Shown here piece by piece: positions 56,563 through 64,000 of a stretch of DNA of 64,000 bases (positions within the stretch are counted from its first letter, which is position 1; the number at the start of each line of letters is the position of its first letter). Both the position numbers and the translations under genes were made by a program. Source of the stretch: Candidatus Bathyarchaeota archaeon. GTDB taxonomy: Archaea > Thermoproteota > Bathyarchaeia > Bathyarchaeales > Bathyarchaeaceae. Where the stretch lies: contig CAVOMX010000009.1 in assembly GCA_963697165.1 (NCBI GenBank), forward strand, positions 32,001-96,000, read 5' to 3'. The notes beneath the pieces were generated by a model that saw only the letters and a program-made list of their open reading frames with translations, had not been told where the DNA came from and made no database searches.

Positions 56563-57483
56563 GTGCAAATGAAGAACAGAATCGCCACAGAGATAGCTGG
56601 ACTAAAACTGGGTAACCCCACAATGCTCGCCGCGGGAATCCTAGGATACACAGGATTATCTATGAAGCGCGTAATAGACGCGGGAGCCGGAGCCGTTGTA
56701 ACAAAATCGATGGGACTAGAACCGCGAACAGGCTACCCCAACCCAACCGTCGTTCAGACTGATTGTGGCTTGCTCAACGCCATGGGCTTACCAAATCCCG
56801 GAATCAGCCACTTTAAAGAAGAAATGAAAGAACTACAAAAAAACGAAGTGCCAACCATTTTCAGCATTTACGGATTTTCGGCTGAGGACTTTACCAAAGT
56901 CGCCACATCAGCAGTTGAAATTGGAGCAGATGCCATAGAATTGAACGTGTCCTGTCCGAACGTTAAAAAAGCTGGAGCCCAAATCGGGTCTGATTCTTCG
57001 TTGCTGATTGAAATTGTGAAGAAAGTAAAGAAGCAGGTTAACAAACCAGTATTTGTGAAGTTAACGCCCAACGTTACAGACATAACCGAAATTGCTAAAG
57101 CCGCAGAAAAATCTGGGGCAGACGCCATAACAGCCATAAACACGGTTAAGGGTATGGCAATCGATATCGAAACAGGGAGACCCATCCTAGCTAATAAGTT
57201 CGGTGGACTGTCGGGACCAGCCATAAAGCCAATTGCCGTCAGATGTGTATATGATGTTTACAGTTCAGTTGATGTTCCAGTCCTCGGCTGCGGTGGAATA
57301 ACATGCTGGCAAGACGCGGTTGAGTTCATGTTAGCAGGGGCATCTGCAGTTCAGATAGGAACAGCCATCGCATTCAAAGACCTAGACGTGTTCAGTTCTG
57401 TCACTAAAGGCATCGAAGCATATCTTGAACACAAAGGCTTCAAGAACATAAAAGAAATTGTTGGACTAGCCCACAAAATCTAA
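56563..57483 (+). CDS. pyrD: Dihydroorotate dehydrogenase 1B catalytic subunit
   Basis: NAMGLPNPG, NVSCPN, KLTPN, GGLSGPAIKP. Confidence 0.95.
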   Translation: MQMKNRIATEIAGLKLGNPTMLAAGILGYTGLSMKRVIDAGAGAVVTKSMGLEPRTGYPNPTVVQTDCGLLNAMGLPNPGISHFKEEMKELQKNEVPTIFSIYGFSAEDFTKVATSAVEIGADAIELNVSCPNVKKAGAQIGSDSSLLIEIVKKVKKQVNKPVFVKLTPNVTDITEIAKAAEKSGADAITAINTVKGMAIDIETGRPILANKFGGLSGPAIKPIAVRCVYDVYSSVDVPVLGCGGITCWQDAVEFMLAGASAVQIGTAIAFKDLDVFSSVTKGIEAYLEHKGFKNIKEIVGLAHKI

Positions 57484-57617
57484 AAAAATGTAGTTCATGT
57501 TCACTGATCAGTCCGAAAGCATAATGCACCACAGATTTTGATGGATGTGCCGTCACATATTTAATATGCTTCAACTCTCTAGGAGAACATACACCAAAAA
57601 GGAAGGAAAGAACAAAA

Positions 57618-58475
57618 TTGCAGTTCCATTCACGAAAAAGTTCCACAGTTCCGGGATCTTTCGATTCGATTAATCGAATGAGAACCGTAGAAGTGATTGA
57701 GACTAAAGAAGAAAACTGTAGTGTTAAAACATTCACTTTTAGTGATGAAATATGTGGAAAGGCTGAGCCGGGCCAGTTTGTGATGGTTTGGATACCTGGA
57801 GTTGACGAGATTCCAATAAGCCTTTCAGGAATAAACTCTGATGGGCTCACGTCGATAACCGTTAATGAGGTTGGAGAAGCCAGCAGTGCTCTTAACCAAA
57901 AAGAAAAAGGAGACATTATCGGAGTAAGGGGACCATTTGGTAAGGGTTTCGTTCCAACAAAAGGAAACGTGATGATAGTTGGCGGTGGAACCGGATTGGG
58001 ACCAATGATGCCTCTGACTGAAAAACTTGTGAAAATCGCCGATAAAATAACGGTGATGAGCGGAGTTAAGAGCAAATTTAACCTCCTGTTTTTGGACCGA
58101 ATAACCAAACTTCTTTCAGACATAGACTCAGAAACCGTGTTCACAACAGAGGATGGAAGCTACGGAATTGAATGCTTAGTTACTGAACAGGTAGAACAGA
58201 AGCTAATTAAAGAAAAGTATGACATGATTTATACCTGTGGTCCAGAACAAATGATGTACAGAACGTTCATTCTGGCAGAACAATACAAGGTTCCTGTTCA
58301 GGCAAGTCTTGAACGGATAATGCGTTGCGGCATCGGCTTGTGCGGCAGCTGTGCAATAGGAACAATTAGAGTCTGCAAAGACGGGCCAGTTCTAACTTCT
58401 ACACAACTAAGAAGCATCAGAGAGGAGTTCGGAAAATTCCAGCTAGACTTTACTGGAAAAAAACGTAAACTATAA
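57618..58475 (+). CDS. pyrK: Dihydroorotate dehydrogenase electron transfer subunit (true start may be downstream, e.g. 57678)
   Basis: PGQFVMVW, RGPFG, GGGTG, CGPE, CGIGLCGSC..CKDGPV. Confidence 0.93.
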   Translation: MQFHSRKSSTVPGSFDSINRMRTVEVIETKEENCSVKTFTFSDEICGKAEPGQFVMVWIPGVDEIPISLSGINSDGLTSITVNEVGEASSALNQKEKGDIIGVRGPFGKGFVPTKGNVMIVGGGTGLGPMMPLTEKLVKIADKITVMSGVKSKFNLLFLDRITKLLSDIDSETVFTTEDGSYGIECLVTEQVEQKLIKEKYDMIYTCGPEQMMYRTFILAEQYKVPVQASLERIMRCGIGLCGSCAIGTIRVCKDGPVLTSTQLRSIREEFGKFQLDFTGKKRKL

Positions 58476-58504
58476 TCAAATCATTTACCCAAGGAAACCT
58501 GCGG

Positions 58505-59113
58505 ATGGTTTACCCAAAAAAAGCATACTTCAAAAACTACGTTTTCGTGGTTGATGAGCACGTTTACGAGCCAGCCGAAGACACATTTTTGATAGCCGAA
58601 AAAATGTCTGTCACAGAGAATGATGTTGTTTTGGATATGGGAACTGGCTGCGGAATTCTAGCGGTGTTGGCGGCAAAAAAAGCTAAAAATGTTGTGGCTG
58701 TTGACGTGAATCCTCACGCTATCGAATGGGCCAGCAGAAACGCGGAAACTAACGGAGTTAAAGAGAGGATAGAGTTTCGGCATGGAGACCTCTTTGAGCC
58801 CATAAAAAAGGATGAATGTTTCAGCCTGATACTCTTCAATTCTCCGTATCTGCCTTCTGAACCAGATGAAGAACAAAACTGGATTGGTAAGGCGTGGGCG
58901 GGAGGTCCAAACGGAAGACAGATTATTGACCGCTTCATAACTGATGCGCCCCACTGGTTAACCGATAAAGGCAGGATACTGCTTGTTCAGTCTTCGCTTT
59001 CTGACGTAAACAGAACCCTCGAAATGTTCAATGAAATAAACTTGCGGGCGATGGTTATTGCTCAGGTTAAGGTTCCATTCGAGAGCATTGTTTTGGTTGA
59101 AGCAAAACTCTAG
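58505..59113 (+). CDS. HemK2/MTQ2-family protein methyltransferase
   Basis: VYEPAEDTF, LDMGTGCG, FNSPYLP. Confidence 0.9.
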   Translation: MVYPKKAYFKNYVFVVDEHVYEPAEDTFLIAEKMSVTENDVVLDMGTGCGILAVLAAKKAKNVVAVDVNPHAIEWASRNAETNGVKERIEFRHGDLFEPIKKDECFSLILFNSPYLPSEPDEEQNWIGKAWAGGPNGRQIIDRFITDAPHWLTDKGRILLVQSSLSDVNRTLEMFNEINLRAMVIAQVKVPFESIVLVEAKL

Positions 59114-59487
59114 ATGTTTTGACTGAAAATTAAATCTAAAAGTCATTTCTTTTAACTAGAGACGAAAGGGCAACAAATCCTGAAAACCAAACAATAAACG
59201 TTGAGTACCACACTGGAAAAGCCGTTTCGTAATTACAGATTATACAGTGATAGACTGAAACAAGAAACAGCGATAGCCAGCAACCGGCAGTCCAAAAGAG
59301 CGTCATGTGCTTCATGGTCTGTACACAGTTTTGTTTATGTAAAAGACTTCGGAACTGCAAATAATGTTCAAGAATACTGATTAGACATTAAGCTTCTGAC
59401 AATCAAAATAAAGGAAACGGGCTCGGGAATAAATGCACATTTTAGGTAATCACAAAATATATTTGGTTTTGTTGACGCTTTATTATT

Positions 59488-59679
59488 GTGGGAAAGTTTA
59501 TGGCTGAATGCTGTGATTGTGGCGGAAAAATGAAGGAATATTCTGCTAATGTAAGGGTTTGCCAGAAGTGCAAAAAAATCCCTAGTCTCGACACGCTACT
59601 TGATTTGCTCAGGGAAATGGGTGCAAAAGAGGAAACCCTTGAGAACCTAAAACAGGACGTAAATTATATTCCTGTCTAG
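59488..59679 (+). CDS. Small zinc-ribbon protein
   Basis: CCDCGG..CQKCK. Confidence 0.55.
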   Translation: MGKFMAECCDCGGKMKEYSANVRVCQKCKKIPSLDTLLDLLREMGAKEETLENLKQDVNYIPV

Positions 59680-59754
59680 CTCCGACAAAAACATGGATGA
59701 CCCGCAGAAGTTTCTGAAAGGTTAGCTCTATTCAAAACTGGGGAACCTTGCAAA

Positions 59755-60213
59755 CTATTTTTCGGGCGCTTGCTTTCTTTCAAAGAGCCATGTTCGGAAA
59801 TGGAACATTATCATGTCTTTGGTGCAGGGGTTAGATTCAAGAAATTCTTTGAAGGACAATCCTCTTTCTAAAAGAAACTCTCGAAAAAGCGAGTTATCAT
59901 CAACTTCAGAAAAACTGTCTTTAATTCTGTAGTGCACTCTGAAACTCTGTTGACCAGTAGGTTTTGTCTCCACCAATTCCACCTTGAATGTTTTGTTTAT
60001 TGTTTCTAGCTCATAGATGAAGTCTTCAAAGTAGTCTCTTACCCCACAACTTATACAGAATGATCCCTCAAAGTCGATGATGAAGTCGTCTTTCTCTACT
60101 GAAATAAGCTTCGCTGTCGTTTCTGGGCTTCGATACCTGTTGTAAATGTCTATAGTTCTTAAAACCAGATTCTTCAAATGATCGGATTCGATTTCCGTCA
60201 TCAGGGTCGCCAT
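59755..60213 (-). CDS. Hypothetical protein with CxxC motif
   Basis: YNRYRSPE..GSFCISCGVRDYFEDF; start uncertain. Confidence 0.7.
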   Translation of the reverse strand: MATLMTEIESDHLKNLVLRTIDIYNRYRSPETTAKLISVEKDDFIIDFEGSFCISCGVRDYFEDFIYELETINKTFKVELVETKPTGQQSFRVHYRIKDSFSEVDDNSLFREFLLERGLSFKEFLESNPCTKDMIMFHFRTWLFERKQAPEK

Positions 60214-60309
60214 TAATAACCAGAACTTTTCGGATATTTCAAGTTTTCCAGTTGGTCTATGTTCATTATACTGTTGCAAAACAAAAATTGAAGTTTTATT
60301 TTATTGCTT

Positions 60310-60545
60310 CATTTTACTCTTTTTTCGGTTTCAATTCGTTTAGCTAATCAAATGCATTCAAATGGGCACAGCCGCATGTGAACATATGCTCTCGCATATC
60401 CTAGCTTTTTGTCTATTTCTTTTGGGGTTGCGGGTTCTTCACAAAATTAAAGGGTTAGGTAAATCTGTTTCAGTGTATCATTGAGTTTAACTGCGGTCTC
60501 CAAAGCCGTTCTAGACAGGTTCTCAGCATCTATATTAAACGTCAT
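60310..60545 (-). pseudogene. Decayed HTH regulator fragment
   Basis: LKQIYLTL*FCEEPATPKEIDKKLGYARAYVHMRL with in-frame stops. Confidence 0.4.
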
Positions 60546-60832
60546 TTTGAATCGATAATATTATTTTTGTAGTCACTATCTTTGCTGCTTTTGTTCTGTC
60601 CTTTTTTATTTTTCCTGGTCACTTCGTCTTCGGATAAACTATTGGAGTTAAGATTACAAGAAGTTCCATGTGAGTCATGTTGACTGTAAAATATTCATGT
60701 TGTTACATACTCTAGGAATGCGGCTGAAAAATGACGGGGGTAACCAAATATATTGTGACTTATCTTTTGGTATATGCAATTTTTTTAAGTTAGAACAAAC
60801 AGGTTTGTTTGTTAGCTCCTGAGGGATTACTT

Positions 60833-61114
60833 ATGCATTACTATGTCTACATTCTTCGCTGTAAGGACGGTAGCTACTATACTGGACACGCAAAAGACGT
60901 GGAAAAACGATTCGAAATGCATAAGAATGGACGAGGAGCTAGATACACCCGAATGCATGAACCTGAGAAACTGGTTTATGTCGAAGATTTTGAGAGTCGT
61001 AGCGAGGCTATGAGAAGAGAACGGAAAATCAAAACATTAAGCCATACCAAAAAGCAGCAACTAATAATGGAAAATAACGGATCAGGCTACCTGTTAACAA
61101 AAAAGGCATCGTGA
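60833..61114 (+). CDS. GIY-YIG nuclease family protein
   Basis: YYVYILRCKDGSYYTG..RF..H..GARYT..E..IK. Confidence 0.92.
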   Translation: MHYYVYILRCKDGSYYTGHAKDVEKRFEMHKNGRGARYTRMHEPEKLVYVEDFESRSEAMRRERKIKTLSHTKKQQLIMENNGSGYLLTKKAS

Positions 61115-61168
61115 AAGAAACTTTGGCATATTAGTGATTCGTGGGAAAAGATAAAAGATTGAGATGCT

Positions 61169-61933
61169 GTGAGGGCTAAGAGAACCATGGTCCTATATGT
61201 TGTATATAGAGCTCCCATAGAATCCAAGGGCAGAAGCAGTATTCCCAACCGTTTAAAGACGCTTGGCTGTCAGCAGGTGCATAGAGCATTTTGGAAAATC
61301 AACGAAAAGAATGTACATCAAGTGCTAAAGGTGCTTGAAAATAATCAGCCAATACTTTTGAAGCGGTTAAGGGAAATTAAGAATCCAAAACTTGCTAAAA
61401 AGAAGGAATTCGTTGGGCTTGGAAGCTTGATAGTAGTGACTTTTGCGCTTCCAAAAGGAGCAAACAGAGAGAAAGTGAGAAATTTTATTAGAAAGGCACC
61501 ATGCATACGCTTACGTCGTTCTGTTTACGCTTTCTCACAGAAACATTCCATTTACGAAAAAGAACCAAAACTTGTTGATGCTTTAAAGCTCGTTAACTTC
61601 ATCAGAGAAAATCAAGGAAATGTGAAAATTATTTCGCGAGTAGTAATCGTAAATACGACATCTGTTGAAAGACTTCTTCAAGAAACTAGAGAACGCGTTG
61701 AAAAAAACGCCGTTGATATTGTTAGTTCCTGCAAAGAAATCTACATAAAAGCCCGCACCGGAAACGATTATGGGGTACTACGTGAAAGTTTTTCTAGAAT
61801 CAAAAGACGATTCTTAATTCTAAAAAAGGTAGCCGAAGTTTATGAGGAGTGGCTGAAAATAGACTTTTCGAAAAGCCTGATGAGAGCATATCATGCTCTA
61901 AGAAAAGTTAACTTCGTCATTAAACCTGAATGA
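61169..61933 (+). CDS. Hypothetical protein with two PaaX/Cas2-like segments
   Basis: LKTLGCQQVHRAFW and KAPCIRLRRSVYAF resemble the PaaX central-domain signature. Confidence 0.5.
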   Translation: MRAKRTMVLYVVYRAPIESKGRSSIPNRLKTLGCQQVHRAFWKINEKNVHQVLKVLENNQPILLKRLREIKNPKLAKKKEFVGLGSLIVVTFALPKGANREKVRNFIRKAPCIRLRRSVYAFSQKHSIYEKEPKLVDALKLVNFIRENQGNVKIISRVVIVNTTSVERLLQETRERVEKNAVDIVSSCKEIYIKARTGNDYGVLRESFSRIKRRFLILKKVAEVYEEWLKIDFSKSLMRAYHALRKVNFVIKPE

Positions 61934-62081
61934 AACAATAAAAAAAACACTTGGCGCCTGAACATTTTGGATAAGGGTTTAAATGCAGTTATGAAAATAT
62001 ATTACGTAGAATCGTTAAAGACTTCGGGAATTCTACACCTTTTAGCTTCCCGCGGAATCGGTCGCAGGCGTCAGGATAAAA

Positions 62082-62609
62082 ATGGAGAAATCAAAACTTT
62101 CAAACAAAATTAGAGTGGTCTCAAATCCTAAAAAAGCTGAGAATTGCCCAGAAAAACGGCTGCAGTTTTACACCGATTATGCGTCGGCGGTTTCTGAGAC
62201 TTTGAGAAAACCTCTGTTCCAGAAGTTTCTGCGCTGGATAATTAAACGCGAAAAAATTGAGAAAATGGCTGTTACGGATATTCAGGTTAGAGTTTTCCCG
62301 TTTCAAAAAGAAAATGGAAATTCCCTTGCTGGAAGATGCAACATCGATGATGGCGTAATCCTCATTTTTCCAAAAAAACGGAGCTTCCTTCAGAAGAAAC
62401 TGAAAAATCATAAGAAAGAGAAGCTTCGTTTTTATCTCAAAAGCAGAGCCATGGCAGCCTTGATACATGAGCTTCTTCACATGAAATATGAGGGCAATGA
62501 AAACAAGGTGCGGCAGCTTACAAAGAAGTATTTTGGTATCTTTATCCGACATCAAAACCCTGATGCTCAGAACGTGCATCATGCCCAGAAGATGTTATTC
62601 GCGTTTTAG
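62082..62609 (+). CDS. Basic HEXXH zincin-like protein
   Basis: LAGRC..ALIHELLH..E. Confidence 0.65.
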   Translation: MEKSKLSNKIRVVSNPKKAENCPEKRLQFYTDYASAVSETLRKPLFQKFLRWIIKREKIEKMAVTDIQVRVFPFQKENGNSLAGRCNIDDGVILIFPKKRSFLQKKLKNHKKEKLRFYLKSRAMAALIHELLHMKYEGNENKVRQLTKKYFGIFIRHQNPDAQNVHHAQKMLFAF

Positions 62610-62921
62610 GTCGTATTCGAGTCCGCTTTGGCTTGGCACATATTTTTAAGCGGCTGATAATGGTCAATTGTCTTTTTTCTCCTAAATTCACAAGTAATTC
62701 GGTCAATAAACCCAAAATGGCTCCATATAGACAAATAAATGATTAAATAAGCCTTAATTTGCTTTAACATTTTGAATAACTGTTTTTTGAAGATACTAAC
62801 CTGATTTCAACGTCTATACACTAAACTAAACCTTTTTTTTCCACATTTTCAGATACGAAAATCTTATTTGATTTTTCGCAGAGTCGCTCTCAAGGGACAT
62901 TCAACAGGGAGGTGAAAGATA

Positions 62922-62987
62922 ATGGTGTTTGAAGAAAACGAGTGGGAAGATTGGGAAGAAGACAGCGAAGAGGAAGAAGACTGGTAA
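62922..62987 (+). CDS. 21-aa acidic, Trp-containing microprotein
   Basis: GGAGGTGA RBS; MVFEENEWEDWEEDSEEEEDW. Confidence 0.5.
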   Translation: MVFEENEWEDWEEDSEEEEDW

Positions 62988-63176
62988 GTACTTCAGCGAA
63001 CTGCTCAATCCTGAGGGGCAAGTGAGCTATAATCCCAAATAAGGAAAAAGAACCATAAAACTGACATGCCCATGCATAAACTGAATTTTTTATTAATCAT
63101 TTTTTATATATAAAACGCCATCCTGCAAAACAGATGGTCAGCAAAAGAAGAGGAAAAGACAACTATGAGAAACAGG

Positions 63177-63614
63177 TTATTGTCTTTTGTATATTCCCTT
63201 GATTACCGCTTTTTCGATAGTGTGTTTTTCAACTTTGTCTAGGAAGTTGCGTTTGTTGACTCCTTCTAAATGTTCAACGTCAAGCGCGTAGATGGTGAAG
63301 AAGTATCTGTGAGTTCCTGAAGGCGGGCAAGGTCCACCATACGGTTTTTTTCCGAAATCGTTTTCAGCCTCTTTTGCTCCCGCAGGCAAACTGTTCTTTT
63401 CAATTTTTCTCAACGCCTTGGCTATGTCGTACACTAGCCAGTGAATCCACAGTCCTCCAGGAGCATCAGGGTCAGTTGCACTCAATGCAAAGCTTTTTGT
63501 CTCATCAGGAATGTCTTCCCATGAAAGCTGCGGAGAGACATTTTTTCCGTCACACGTAAATTCTGATGGGATACTGCAGTTATCTACAAAATCTTTACTC
63601 AACAATTTCATCAA
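63177..63614 (-). CDS. YbhB/YbcL (PEBP) family protein
   Basis: DPDAP..HW, YGGPCPPSGTHRY. Confidence 0.93.
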   Translation of the reverse strand: MMKLLSKDFVDNCSIPSEFTCDGKNVSPQLSWEDIPDETKSFALSATDPDAPGGLWIHWLVYDIAKALRKIEKNSLPAGAKEAENDFGKKPYGGPCPPSGTHRYFFTIYALDVEHLEGVNKRNFLDKVEKHTIEKAVIKGIYKRQ

Positions 63615-63748
63615 ATAATTCCCAAAAGTAACTGGGCAGAGCCTAAAATAAAAAACTTGTTAGCACACATATTTCAACCGTGCAAGTGTGACAAATTATA
63701 TCTAGGCAAATCGTGCTTTAGTATTAAATGAAGATAGGGGGGAATGTT

Positions 63749-64000
63749 TTGGGGGAGAAACTTCTAGAAGTTGGAAGAGTGGCACATTTCTTTGTGCATA
63801 TCAATGTGGCGGTTATAGATGTAACTGACACCCTTTCGGTCGGGGACAAAATAGCAATCAAGGGACCTACTACAGACATTGAACAGACCGTGGATTCCAT
63901 GGAGATAGAACACGCGAAGGTTAAGCAGGCAACAGCGGGTCAAAGCATCGGAATGAAAGTAAAAGCTCGCGTAAGAGAGAACGACACAGTCTACAAGACA
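63749..64000 (+). CDS. Translation elongation factor-like small beta-barrel protein (runs to right edge)
   Basis: EVGRVAHFF..VAVI..VGDKI.IKG.TTD.EQ.V.SMEI..A..GQSIG.KV..RVRE.D.VYK. Confidence 0.8.
   Translation, partial: MGEKLLEVGRVAHFFVHINVAVIDVTDTLSVGDKIAIKGPTTDIEQTVDSMEIEHAKVKQATAGQSIGMKVKARVRENDTVYKT

Overview
Archaeal genomic window, most likely Bathyarchaeia (inferred from class I LysRS, the exosome-proteasome superoperon, fibrillarin/Nop5, archaeal-type RNase P RNA and a large secreted PQQ-like beta-propeller protein). Many core genes carry single-base frameshifts, so this looks like an imperfectly polished long-read assembly. Layout: (1) 1-3611, the end of a probable integrated element abutting the 3' end of tRNA-Gly(CCC), with a sacsin-like ATPase, a palindrome array, a Zn/HNH protein and an HTH/Rep-like protein; (2) lysS, SPFH genes and a radical SAM gene; (3) a stand-alone 23S rRNA gene with a clear bulge-helix-bulge processing stem, divergent from RNase P RNA; (4) about 20 kb of accessory DNA downstream of rnpB; (5) core genes: hom/ask/apgM, a C/D sRNA, an ECF transporter, the exosome/proteasome cluster, pyrDK and others. 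The most notable signals are in block 4. First, three decaying direct copies of the rnpB 3' end (16221, 19441, 23283) suggest repeated integration into rnpB. Second, about ten same-orientation copies of a modular, imperfectly palindromic ~45-70 bp repeat separate unrelated 1-3 gene cargo blocks (22.5-35.3 kb) and lie between two halves of a beta-oxidation gene set. This is a candidate non-attC gene-cassette/site-specific recombination system, although no recombinase gene is visible in the window. All family assignments are from motif recognition by eye; no searches were run.
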